From positions 1 to 21,185 of the forward strand of contig JBHLME010000080.1 of the NCBI GenBank assembly GCA_048938445.1: a stretch of DNA of 21,185 nucleotides, read 5' to 3'. Positions 7,265 to 16,943 of the stretch are shown here, in pieces. Under the pieces are notes generated by a model. That model was not told where the DNA came from. It did not search any database and worked only from the letters and a program-made list of their open reading frames with translations. The position numbers and the translations under genes are program-made. Position 1 is the first letter of the stretch; every line of letters starts with the position of its first letter. Source of the DNA: Promethearchaeota archaeon. GTDB taxonomy: Archaea; Asgardarchaeota; Lokiarchaeia; Sigyniarchaeales; SOKP01.

Positions 7265-9388
7265 ATGAGTGAACAAATAGAACGAATAATGAAGAAGTTT
7301 AAGGAGATTTTTATTATAAGGAATGAAGATGTTAAAAATTATTTAATCAAATATTATTATGAATTATTTAATAATCAAAAAGTTAAAAAAGTTGAGAGAA
7401 TTGATGCCACTCGCATGATAAAGACATTAGGATTTAGAAAAAACTTGTCTTCATGGAAAAATTCTTATGATAATTTAGTAGTAAGTACATGTGTTAAAAT
7501 CAAAGGAGAAAAAAAGCGATATAACTATAAATTTTACTTTATTGAAGAGAAATTAAGCTCAGAGTTAGTAGAACAAATAGAAGACATTATGATGGATGTA
7601 AATAACTTAAAAGAGCGGTTTGAGTTCTCTGAAGCATTTAAAAAAATAAAAAGTGCTGAAGATCTAATTAAAAAAAAAAAGGATGCTCATTTTGATAAAG
7701 TACTAAAAAATCTAAAATCTGAAGTAATGAAAGCCGAAAAAGACTATAAGAGCGCTTTAAAGGAAATTAGTATATTCGAAAATGAATTTCAAAAACATGA
7801 ATTAGAAAACGATTTTAAAGCAGCCTTGAAAAAAGCTGAAAAAATTATTCATCGTGCCAGAAGTATAAAAAATAGGGAAAAGGAGAAACAATATACTAAA
7901 AAAAATATTGAATTGAAACAAAAATATGAATTAGATCTATTAGAAAGAATTAAGAATTTAGAAGAGCAAGCAGAAATTTTCAAAAATGAATCACGTTATA
8001 GAGAAACTCTAGTATGTTATGAGGATCTAATCGATTTTCTACGTAAAAATGAAAAGAATGATTTAATTGATAAATATTTAAAAAAAATTAAAGAAATTCA
8101 GCTTGAAAAGGAAGAAACTGAGAAGATTGAAGAATTAAATAGTATCAAAGATCAAATTGCTGAATTAGAAATTAATATCATGTTAAACTACGATGCAGGT
8201 AATCATGGGGTGGTTATCACTCAATGTAATGAAATAATCGATTTATTCCAAAAAATTGAAGAAATAGATTTAAAGGACAAATACACCGAGCTTTTGAAAG
8301 AAGTGCAGCAAAAAGTTGCTGAAATGACCGCACGAGAAGAAGAGATTAACCTTCGAAAGAGGAGAACAGAGGAAGCACTCCAAAAGTATGAGGAAATGTT
8401 ATCTAATAGGGAAAAAGAACAAAAGAATCTCATTAAGAAAGCAAAAGAAGTTGAACACATGATAGAAATACAAGAAGATGTAATACCCCTAATTGAAGAG
8501 TTTACTATAAATGATATCTTAGGAGATTTATCAGATGATATTCAACAACAATTCGAGCAACTTGGGAGTTTATTAAATGAACATCGTGTTAATGTAAAAA
8601 CTAATATTTCTAATAAAGGAATTATAATAAGGTCTTCAGGGGAAGTAATTGAACTTGAAAAGGATATTAATGCAAATAAAATACAAAATGATGAAAGAGA
8701 AGTAATGTATGATGTTCAAATCAAGTTAGAAAATTATTTTGATGATGTTATTGAAGAAGCAATCTTAACAGACTTAATTCCTTATAATTTTGAAATAGTA
8801 GATATAAAAGCAAATAAAGGAGAAAACGAAGAATTACCTAAAAAGATGCTTACCAATGAGGGATTAGAAGTAATATGGAATTTTAAGAAAATTCAACCAA
8901 AAGAAAAAATAGAGATAATTTATGATTTACGTCATAGAATTTCACGTACAATAATTTTCCTGCTTAAAAATCAGTTAAAAATAATAAAAACCCACTTAAA
9001 TATTGAAGACTCAATTCCTAGAATGGAAGGTTTTCATGAAGTGAACATACCTTTTAATAATCCTGGACCTAAACAAATAAAAGGATTAATTGTTGAGGAT
9101 ATCATTCCTCTTTATTATATTCATAATATCAAAGAACCTAAATCTTATATCCCTTATATAAATCAATCACATCAAGGAGATTTAATCAAATGGAATGTTG
9201 GTGAAATGAATGTTAATAGCATCAACTACCACTATAAACTTTTAGAGATTTTCAAATTTGAAGAATTGAAAATATTAATTGATAACTTGGATGAAACTGC
9301 TTTTAACAATTTAAAAAATAATGATAGAGTTGGGTCAATTGAGAAATATAATGAAATATTAGGCTTATTAAATCAATATTTTAACTAA
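7265..9388 (+). CDS. Large coiled-coil/TPR-like protein with two C-terminal beta-sandwich (Ig-like) repeats
   Basis: A long E/K-rich helical region is followed by two repeats of pattern I..EN......I..D.IP..F/Y.I ... I.WN (TDLIPYNFEI...VIWNF; EDIIPLYYI...IKWNV). It starts 15 nt after the gelsolin-like gene, so the two are probably co-transcribed. Confidence 0.75.
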   Translation: MSEQIERIMKKFKEIFIIRNEDVKNYLIKYYYELFNNQKVKKVERIDATRMIKTLGFRKNLSSWKNSYDNLVVSTCVKIKGEKKRYNYKFYFIEEKLSSELVEQIEDIMMDVNNLKERFEFSEAFKKIKSAEDLIKKKKDAHFDKVLKNLKSEVMKAEKDYKSALKEISIFENEFQKHELENDFKAALKKAEKIIHRARSIKNREKEKQYTKKNIELKQKYELDLLERIKNLEEQAEIFKNESRYRETLVCYEDLIDFLRKNEKNDLIDKYLKKIKEIQLEKEETEKIEELNSIKDQIAELEINIMLNYDAGNHGVVITQCNEIIDLFQKIEEIDLKDKYTELLKEVQQKVAEMTAREEEINLRKRRTEEALQKYEEMLSNREKEQKNLIKKAKEVEHMIEIQEDVIPLIEEFTINDILGDLSDDIQQQFEQLGSLLNEHRVNVKTNISNKGIIIRSSGEVIELEKDINANKIQNDEREVMYDVQIKLENYFDDVIEEAILTDLIPYNFEIVDIKANKGENEELPKKMLTNEGLEVIWNFKKIQPKEKIEIIYDLRHRISRTIIFLLKNQLKIIKTHLNIEDSIPRMEGFHEVNIPFNNPGPKQIKGLIVEDIIPLYYIHNIKEPKSYIPYINQSHQGDLIKWNVGEMNVNSINYHYKLLEIFKFEELKILIDNLDETAFNNLKNNDRVGSIEKYNEILGLLNQYFN

Positions 9389-9400
9389 TATTCTCACTAA

Positions 9401-11455
9401 CTATATTTTACGATCTAAATAATTAACTTTAAACGATTCTAAATTACCATCCTTCACATAGATCTCTCTATAAGCTCCTGCAGTTTTAAGATCCTTTAGA
9501 CTTCCTAAACCTAATGCAGGTGTCTGAACGACAAATGGACCATTGTTTTTTATCTCATCAGAATTAGTATATAATTCAGAATAAATATCATGAAATATGG
9601 CTGCAGGATTTTCAATTTTTTTTAATATGAAAGGAGGAGCATCAAATACTTTAGTTGTCTTTCCTTCAGGATCTTTTAATTTAAACTCCTTGAGTTTATG
9701 CGTGTGTCCTGATAATACAAGAACGCAATAATCTTTACAAAATTTAATTAATTTTTCCCAGTTAGTAGAAATTGTTCCATACTTCACGTTAAATTTTCCA
9801 TCAATTCGTGCTTTCAAGGGATTTTTTTCCAGTTTTTTGATAAAAGACTCTTTAAAATCACTAATCTTTACAAATATATCTTTTTTTCCAAGCATTTTTC
9901 CAAGTCTTTTTACTATGCTCCGTTTTTGACCTGTATTTATTGGGGGGCCATGTACAAAAAGAAAAATATTATGTTCAGGATCATATTGATTGTTAATGAT
10001 GTTTTCTAAGTAATTAATTTGACGACTTGATAGCCCTGTAACTGAGGGATGTCCTGCTAACAAATCTCTTATATTTTTGAAAGAATCTGCACCACTATTT
10101 AAGAATATAAAAATATTTCTTCCTAATTTAATCGAAAAGTCCAAGGAGGGATTAATTTCAGACCAATATCCTTTCAATGCATTATAGCTCTTTGTAATTG
10201 CATCAATAGGAGATGCAGATAATATTTCATTAAGTGACAATGCTTCAAAAGCATTCAAACCCATTTTCTTATACATCCCCCCCCAATTTAAATCATACCC
10301 TGCGATTCGAAAATCATGATTTCCTAAAGTTGTAAATATAGGACATAAAAGCTCTTCATTTTTAGAGATAGCACGAAATTTTGGATTATTTTTTAATGGA
10401 TAATTCGTGATGATATCTTTAAATACTTGCCAATTAGTATTTTCATATTGAAAATTAGCTGTTTTTATATTTGTTTTATTAGATTTACTTATTAAGGTAA
10501 AATCGATTAAATCACCGGTTAATACAATGAAATCTAATTCATTTTGATATATTTTTTTGTTCATGATTTTTATGAATTTTCGGAATTGATTGTTAGGATT
10601 AATAAGACGTTTAATTAGAGGTTTTTTTAATGCGGGTCGTTCCTTTTTTAAAAAATTTTTATTTTTCCTGAATTTTTTGATTTTCTTCTCTAATTCTTGT
10701 TTTTTAATTTTTCGGGACCAATTTTTTATTATTTCATAGAGCCTATCATTTCTTGCAGCTAAATGCAGATCGGTAGCATGGATGACGTTAAAATTATCCC
10801 AATTATTTTTTGAGATAACGATGGCGTGATAATTTATCCTTTTTTTTCCCTGGTGAATATCAAACATTACAAAATTCCTTATTTTAAGAAATTCAATGAC
10901 TTCTTTAGTTAATTCAAAATCAAGCGTAGCTTTATAAAAAAATGACAATCCCTCGAATGCATCATGTTTTATTAAATAATTTTGCGGGGAAATATATTCA
11001 TTCTCAAGATACATAGGTTCATTGATTGGTATTATAGATGTAGATTCTACATCATAAACAACGGGTATTATTGGATCTCCTCGAATTGGTCGGGGTTTGA
11101 GTTTACTAATCCCTTTATGTTTATTAACATCTCTTTCAATTTTCTTCTCTCTTCTTATGAATTTTAAGATTCTTTGTTTTATCCCATGCCACTTTTTCTT
11201 TTTTTCTTTTTCTTTTTTCTTTAGAATGGACTTGAGCTTCCATTTATATTCAATAATAGGGAGTAAATGAATATTATTTTTAATTGAAGTTCGGAAATTT
11301 TTTAGATCTTCTATATTACTAGCAAACAATACTCTTGCTTGAAAAGATCTTTGCTTTAATTTTGGTTTAATGTTTAAGATTAAAGGATGCCCTAAATTTG
11401 GATTGATTAATATTGATCGTTTAGATCTTATTTGTTGATTATCTAGACTGTTCAA
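9401..11455 (-). CDS. Calcineurin-like metallophosphoesterase with Lys-rich insertions
   Basis: All five motifs are present: HATDLH, TGDLID, GNHD, FVHGPP, SGHTH. Confidence 0.9.
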   Translation of the reverse strand: MNSLDNQQIRSKRSILINPNLGHPLILNIKPKLKQRSFQARVLFASNIEDLKNFRTSIKNNIHLLPIIEYKWKLKSILKKKEKEKKKKWHGIKQRILKFIRREKKIERDVNKHKGISKLKPRPIRGDPIIPVVYDVESTSIIPINEPMYLENEYISPQNYLIKHDAFEGLSFFYKATLDFELTKEVIEFLKIRNFVMFDIHQGKKRINYHAIVISKNNWDNFNVIHATDLHLAARNDRLYEIIKNWSRKIKKQELEKKIKKFRKNKNFLKKERPALKKPLIKRLINPNNQFRKFIKIMNKKIYQNELDFIVLTGDLIDFTLISKSNKTNIKTANFQYENTNWQVFKDIITNYPLKNNPKFRAISKNEELLCPIFTTLGNHDFRIAGYDLNWGGMYKKMGLNAFEALSLNEILSASPIDAITKSYNALKGYWSEINPSLDFSIKLGRNIFIFLNSGADSFKNIRDLLAGHPSVTGLSSRQINYLENIINNQYDPEHNIFLFVHGPPINTGQKRSIVKRLGKMLGKKDIFVKISDFKESFIKKLEKNPLKARIDGKFNVKYGTISTNWEKLIKFCKDYCVLVLSGHTHKLKEFKLKDPEGKTTKVFDAPPFILKKIENPAAIFHDIYSELYTNSDEIKNNGPFVVQTPALGLGSLKDLKTAGAYREIYVKDGNLESFKVNYLDRKI

Positions 11456-11608
11456 TTATCATTTAGCTCTTTTTATATTTAATTTTACCAATTTTATTAT
11501 TATTTTAATTTATCACGATAACAAAAGAACTAGGATTTAAAAATATAATCCAATCCAGACTTATTTATGACAATTAATTTTATTATAGTTGATTAAAAGA
11601 AAAATTAA

Positions 11609-11881
11609 TTAATCACTAGACAAGTTCACAAAAATAACATTATCTCCCCTAATTATTACGGTCCCTAATTGTTCATGTTCTTCTCTAATATTCCCCTCTT
11701 CATCTTGATATTCAAAAATTTGGGAGGTATCCTCTAAAAACAAGTTCAAATGTTCATCAAAACCAGATAATTTCCCTCGAAATAATCGGTTCCTCTTAAT
11801 TTTTATTAAAATCGTCTTATTAACTGAATTTTTCAGGTAATCGATTGGTCTATTCGGTCTATTTTGTTGACGTCGTTCCAT
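11609..11881 (-). CDS. Sm-like (Lsm/SmAP) RNA-binding protein
   Basis: RPIDYL, Sm1 motif GKLSGFDEHLNLFL, Sm2 motif GTVIIRGDNV. Confidence 0.95.
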   Translation of the reverse strand: MERRQQNRPNRPIDYLKNSVNKTILIKIKRNRLFRGKLSGFDEHLNLFLEDTSQIFEYQDEEGNIREEHEQLGTVIIRGDNVIFVNLSSD

Positions 11882-12018
11882 TTTTAAAAAAACACATGTA
11901 CTTAGTAATTTAAAAAATAATATTTATAATTAAATACTTAATAGAGTCTAATTAAAATCTTTTGATTTATTACTTTTAATATAAATATAGATTATCTTAA
12001 TAAAATCATATAACAAAA

Positions 12019-12168
12019 ATGTCTAAAGACACGATAACAAAAACAGTTACCTGCTGTGTTAAGAACTGTCAAAAGGAGGTTCCAATTGATCAGGCCATTG
12101 TCATTGATAATCAATATTTTTGTGGAATCTGTGGTGTTGCTTATTATAGAAGTGCTTTAAATCTATGA
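12019..12168 (+). CDS. Small zinc-finger protein (49 aa), not in the ORF track
   Basis: ATG 12019 to TGA 12166-12168 translates as MSKDTITKTVTCCVKNCQKEVPIDQAIVIDNQYFCGICGVAYYRSALNL. The C(C)xxxC-x17-CxxC spacing is treble-clef-like, and the region is more GC-rich than its flanks. Confidence 0.75.
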   Translation: MSKDTITKTVTCCVKNCQKEVPIDQAIVIDNQYFCGICGVAYYRSALNL

Positions 12169-12405
12169 GTTTTTATCTTATAAGTCAATCAAATAAAGCA
12201 TTACTAAACTAATTTTAAGGAAAAATAATTTTGATGTCTTTAGATTATTATGAATTATTTTGAATTCAGGAGTCAAAAAAATCAACGTAATGATTTATGG
12301 TATTCATTTATCCTTAAAATAATAAAATTTATAGACATACATGTATAAATTTCAAATTATGATTTCAATTAATTTAACATAATAACAAAAAAGAATTGAT
12401 GAGAA

Positions 12406-14463
12406 ATGGTAGAACGAGAGAGAGATATGAATGACATTTTTGAATTAATAACAAAAATACTGAGAGCTAGTCTGAAATCTCAAAATAATTTAGAAAAGTT
12501 TTTTCAAAAGATAGTTAAAATTGGTAGTCAATATACCAATGCAAATACATGTGTTTGCTTTTTACTTCAAGAACCAAATGAAATAGAAGGGGAGCTTCTT
12601 AAAATATATGCGGCATCAGGCGAAGATGGAGATGCTCTCAAAAACATTGGAGCAAATTATTATATCCCTAAAAAAAATAGAGTACCCTTTATTAATCCAG
12701 GAGAAGGTGAGAATAAGGTTCTAAAATATGTCAAAGACTTTCTCATAATTAAGGAAGGTTATACTAAGGAAAAAATAAAAAAGATAGAAGCTGATGGGTA
12801 TGATGTGTTGGATGAATTAAGAAGGATTGGTCTCTATTTGGGCAATGCAATTGAGAGGATGGGGCATAATTTATCTGAATTAATAGAGGAGAGAAAGCTC
12901 CCAATGGGAATCACGGGTTATGTTGCAAGAACAGGTAAGCCGATTAAAGTAAATGGTAAGGAGGTAAGAAAAGTTCCAGAATGGAGGGGCTCTTATGAAG
13001 GAGTTCATAAAATCTGTACATCTTTAATTGAGCGACCATTAAAATTAAAAAGAAAAACAATAGGTCTTATTAAAATTGAAAATAAAAAAGGAAGTGAACC
13101 AATTGATAATTTTAATAAAATCAGGAAAGAAAAAAAACCTTGTAAATTATATAATTGTTTTGATGAAAATGATGATTTTATTTTAAAGGTCTTGACAGAA
13201 TGTGCTATAATTGCATTTGATAACATGCGTTTTATAGAAGAAACGTATAAAAAGCTATTTGGAACGAAATTATTAAGAAAGATATACGATTTAAAACCTA
13301 GAATACAAGAAATAGCAGATAAAAATGGTTCAGATTTATGTATAAAGATTCATAATACGATTAATACTTTTTATGATCCAATCAAAATTAGGATAGATGA
13401 TTATTTTTCTCTTGATGAAATTTCTAAAAAGGTACTAGCTACTGAAAATGAATTAGCTTCAAGGTTGAAATTAATATTTGTAAAGGATATCATTAATAAC
13501 ATTACTTCTCGGTACGAGGATTTATTAGGAACACTCGTGAAATATAGGGAACATTTTATTCATCAATTTCAAGTCTTTTTACTCGGTTATTGTATCATTA
13601 ATAAGAGTAAAATTGTACAAGAGATCATTTTGCATCATTTAAAGAACAAAGATGAGAATTTTTGCATAGATCATGCATTAAAAGTGTGGTTTTTAACATC
13701 ATGCTTTCATGATTACAGCTATTCTTTTGTAAAAATGGATAAATGGTTAAATAATTATTTAGAGCAAATAGGTATTGATTATGAACAAAATATTGATTGG
13801 GAAACCGTTTTGAAAAAGACTAATCCTGAATTTACAGAATTAGTTAATGTTTTATGTAAAAAAGCTTCAGAACCAGATGAAAAAACATTTAGAGATAAAT
13901 TAGAAAAGAGCATAAAAGATGATCAAGATCATGGGATCATGAGTGCTTTATTATTGATGGTTAAATTAAAAAGAGAAGAAGACTTGAATCCTAAACTATA
14001 TGAAATTGTTTGTGAAGCTCTTGCATTTCACACGATTACGATTCCTTCGAAAGGTCAAAATACAAAATTTAAATTTAAAGATTTAAATATATTAGACTCA
14101 CCTTTTGCATTCTTGTTAGTCTTATGTGATAACATACAAGAATGGGGTCGGATTGAGATGATGAATAAAAAAATTGAATATGATATTAAACTAAAAGAAA
14201 TAGATATCATAAATGGAACTGATAATACTGAAATCTCAGAGAAAATAAATATTAAATTATATTATAAAAATTTTAACATGGACAATATACCATTAATTTG
14301 CGAAAAAATGAATCATCATGCAAAATTCTGGTTTACAATACCAAACTTGAATTTCAACATTAGATTATATCATAAAGGTGGAAGGTTTGATGAAATTACT
14401 TATAAAGCTGACAAGACTAAAAATATTGATTTTATAATAAAAAATATTAAAGAAAGCACATAA
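12406..14463 (+). CDS. GAF domain plus HD-superfamily metal-dependent phosphohydrolase
   Basis: N-terminal GAF signatures (LKIYAASG, GITGYVARTGKP, PL....TIGLIKIENK, FDENDDFILKVL) and C-terminal REHFIHQ...CFHDYSY...DHG...LAFH...LCDNIQEWGR. Confidence 0.75.
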   Translation: MVERERDMNDIFELITKILRASLKSQNNLEKFFQKIVKIGSQYTNANTCVCFLLQEPNEIEGELLKIYAASGEDGDALKNIGANYYIPKKNRVPFINPGEGENKVLKYVKDFLIIKEGYTKEKIKKIEADGYDVLDELRRIGLYLGNAIERMGHNLSELIEERKLPMGITGYVARTGKPIKVNGKEVRKVPEWRGSYEGVHKICTSLIERPLKLKRKTIGLIKIENKKGSEPIDNFNKIRKEKKPCKLYNCFDENDDFILKVLTECAIIAFDNMRFIEETYKKLFGTKLLRKIYDLKPRIQEIADKNGSDLCIKIHNTINTFYDPIKIRIDDYFSLDEISKKVLATENELASRLKLIFVKDIINNITSRYEDLLGTLVKYREHFIHQFQVFLLGYCIINKSKIVQEIILHHLKNKDENFCIDHALKVWFLTSCFHDYSYSFVKMDKWLNNYLEQIGIDYEQNIDWETVLKKTNPEFTELVNVLCKKASEPDEKTFRDKLEKSIKDDQDHGIMSALLLMVKLKREEDLNPKLYEIVCEALAFHTITIPSKGQNTKFKFKDLNILDSPFAFLLVLCDNIQEWGRIEMMNKKIEYDIKLKEIDIINGTDNTEISEKINIKLYYKNFNMDNIPLICEKMNHHAKFWFTIPNLNFNIRLYHKGGRFDEITYKADKTKNIDFIIKNIKEST

Positions 14464-14948
14464 CTTAATTGAAATCTCTTTAATTTTTCGCAAAATCTCT
14501 ATTTTTTTTAAAATACTCAAGAATTTTAAACATTTTTAAATATCATTACAATAAAAATCCCTATTAAGGAGAAATGATCATTTTGATTGCAGGATGTTGG
14601 TAAGCACTTGCCTTGAATCCCATTTATTTCAACAAATCATTATCCTGATCTACAATTATTTCAAACCATCTTTTTTATAATTAAATTTTACATAAAGAGA
14701 ACCTAAAGATTTATTAAGAAAAATTGAATGACTTCATTAGTTATAAATTTTTTAAAAGAAGATAGATATCTTAAATTCCTAACTAAAGAAGAATTAGATT
14801 TATTAAATAAGAATTAGTTTTTTTTACTTGTTTTTAAAAATTTCATTAAGTACTAAAGGACTAATTATGTTTAGTAATACCTAAATTTTATTAAATGTTT
14901 AATTATGTAAATAACAATATAAAATCTCATAACTAATAGCAAAATATT

Positions 14949-15023
14949 AGCCTCGTGGCCTAGTTTGGATAGGGCAGCGGCCTCCTAAGCCGAAGATCGA
15001 GGGTTCAATTCCCTCCGAGGCTG
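14949..15023 (+). tRNA. tRNA-Arg(CCU), intronless, CCA not encoded
   Basis: Acceptor stem AGCCTCG/CGAGGCT, D arm GCCT-AGTTTGGATA-GGGC, anticodon loop CT-CCT-AA (anticodon 14984-14986), T arm GAGGG-TTCAATT-CCCTC, discriminator G. Confidence 0.95.
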
Positions 15024-15139
15024 TTTAATCTCTTTTTAAAGGATTTTTAAAGCCATAAATTTTAAGCATCCAATTGTTCTATAGATAAATCAATCTTAAT
15101 AATTATTTTTACTAAAATCATAGAACAAAATCTATAATC

Positions 15140-15676
15140 TTACCATTTTATATGATATTTACAAACTTCAGCTCCTTCCATTCTGCAATCTCCAGGTTCA
15201 TGAACAACACTTGGTAACCCTCCAGGCGCTCTGAATTTTTCAACAAAACCCTGTAATAATCCATGTTCAAATGCACATGGATAGGGATTAGTACATGTAA
15301 CTATTACTTCTTTATCTCGAATTTTTTTAATAATATAATTTCCAACATCTCCACCTCTATGATTCATATGATATGCTTGATCCATCATTGGTAAAAAGTC
15401 GTCATTCGTTTTAATATTAGGAGGTAATTTTGCTTTTTCAGGTATTTTTTTTCCAATTACCTTTAATACTGAATCGCCTAACTTTTCATAAATTATTTTA
15501 AATGCGTTTAACCATTGTTGCATATTATACCACTGATCTGGTTTAGGATTTTCTATTCCACAATCATTAAGAATATCATAAGCTCTTTTTTTAAAAGCAC
15601 CCATCGCTTCTATCATACCAATTATATTTGCACCAAATGCTTCTGCATTGGGATTCATAGCTTTAAAAACTGTCAT
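15140..15676 (-). CDS. V4R/HNOB-like small-ligand-binding domain protein
   Basis: DQWY...AY..NHRGG..G.Y...NPYPCAFEHGLLQG...H....CR..G...C.Y.I.W pattern. SD GAGGTGA lies 4 nt upstream of the ATG. Confidence 0.7.
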   Translation of the reverse strand: MTVFKAMNPNAEAFGANIIGMIEAMGAFKKRAYDILNDCGIENPKPDQWYNMQQWLNAFKIIYEKLGDSVLKVIGKKIPEKAKLPPNIKTNDDFLPMMDQAYHMNHRGGDVGNYIIKKIRDKEVIVTCTNPYPCAFEHGLLQGFVEKFRAPGGLPSVVHEPGDCRMEGAEVCKYHIKW

Positions 15677-15898
15677 AATATCACCTCATACTTAAATAAA
15701 AAGATATTAGACTAGAAAAGTATGTAAATTTAAATTTTTGTGAAAAGATAAAGGACTCTTATAATTATAAAAGTGCGTCAAATAACCAAGAGAAGGATGA
15801 ATTTTTTATAATTTTTTACAGTATAGAAATATTCATTAATACATGAATCATAAATAAACTAAAAACTAATTTTAAAATATAATAGGTGTTTATTTAAA

Positions 15899-16639
15899 AT
15901 GGTTTATGAAGTTAAAGACGACCAAATTCCATTCTATAAGCAATATGTCTCCCTTGCAATAATCGCTATCTGTTGTATTGTAATGGCCTTACAATATTTA
16001 GATTATTTTTTTTGGACAGGAACCATGTTAATTAATTTTGCGTTTGTACCAAGCACTTTAATTAGAGGTGAACCAATTTCCATTCTAACCATGTTTACAT
16101 CAATGTTTATGCATGGTGATATAGTTCATCTCATCATGAACATGTGGTTTTTTTATGTTGTTGCTGATAATTGTGAAAAAGCATTAGGTCATATAGGATT
16201 TCTATTGACGTATTTAGCGTCGGGATTATTTGCAACTTTCCTTCATACAATCACTTCTATCATTGCTGGGATGGTTATTTTTAATGCTGGAGGTTCAGCA
16301 TTATATAACGCATTACCAATTCTAGATATCCCGACCCTTGGTGCTTCCGGAGCAATTTTTGGAATAATTGGAGTTTATGGAATTGTATTTCCAAAAACTA
16401 AATTAGCAGTCTTAGCAAGTCCTCTCACGGGATCATCTAAAGTATCAAAAACTATAGATGCATCAGTTTTTGTTATCTTGTATATTATAGCGGAAATATC
16501 ATATGGAATCTACGGCATTCTCGCTCCTTTTGGGGCAGGTAACACGGCACATTTTGCACATGTAGGAGGATTTATTATTGGCGCAGTAGTCGCATATATT
16601 TACGTATGGCGTAAGGAAACTAAAGGAAAGAAAAAATAG
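15899..16639 (+). CDS. Rhomboid family intramembrane serine protease
   Basis: TSMFMHGDIVHLIMNMWF, catalytic GASG, AHFAHVGG, multiple TM helices. Confidence 0.95.
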   Translation: MVYEVKDDQIPFYKQYVSLAIIAICCIVMALQYLDYFFWTGTMLINFAFVPSTLIRGEPISILTMFTSMFMHGDIVHLIMNMWFFYVVADNCEKALGHIGFLLTYLASGLFATFLHTITSIIAGMVIFNAGGSALYNALPILDIPTLGASGAIFGIIGVYGIVFPKTKLAVLASPLTGSSKVSKTIDASVFVILYIIAEISYGIYGILAPFGAGNTAHFAHVGGFIIGAVVAYIYVWRKETKGKKK

Positions 16640-16652
16640 CATGTCCCTTCCA

Positions 16653-16662
16653 TTTTTTTTTT
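16653..16662 (+). terminator. Oligo-T tract, probable archaeal terminator of the rhomboid gene
   Basis: T10 run 13 nt after the stop codon. Confidence 0.45.
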
Positions 16663-16943
16663 CATTTTATTGCATTCTTAATATTAATCAAGAATGATTT
16701 TAGACATTCGTATTTTAAAGCAATAGATCTTTAGAAAAAAATTTGTATTTGTGTTTTTCTTGAATATTAAAACGTTAAATATTATTAGATCAAACCCTAA
16801 AATATGATAGATTTCATTCAAATAAAAAATTAGCGTTATATTTTCAATATTATATTTTTGGATTTAGTTTTACCTAAAATTTAAATATAAAAATACCTTT
16901 TTAATCCTTAGTAATTCTTATTAATTTAATTAGGTGATTAAAA

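Noticed and set aside
11609-11881. Functional link between the Lsm gene and the iorB intron
   Set aside because: They are about 6 kb apart in different transcription units, and BHB splicing is not known to need Sm proteins.
11514-12042. 13-bp direct repeat CACGATAACAAAA (11514-11526, 12030-12042) flanking lsm
   Set aside because: One copy lies inside a coding region, and repeats of this length are expected by chance in such AT-rich DNA.
14564-14820. Short ORF-like fragments upstream of the tRNA (minus strand WFEIIVDQDNDLLK*MGFKASAYQHPAIKMIISP; plus strand MTSLVINFLKEDRY...)
   Set aside because: Possibly gene remnants, but too short, with no recognisable family or SD to support a call.
12200-15100. 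tRNA-anchored integrated element
   Set aside because: No integrase or transposase, and I saw no duplicated tRNA end (att site) in the window.
2225-15715. Small antisense ORFs in the track (2225, 4071, 4902, 5842, 8221, 10982, 13005, 15515)
   Set aside because: All overlap well-supported genes on the opposite strand and have no motifs, so they are treated as shadow ORFs.
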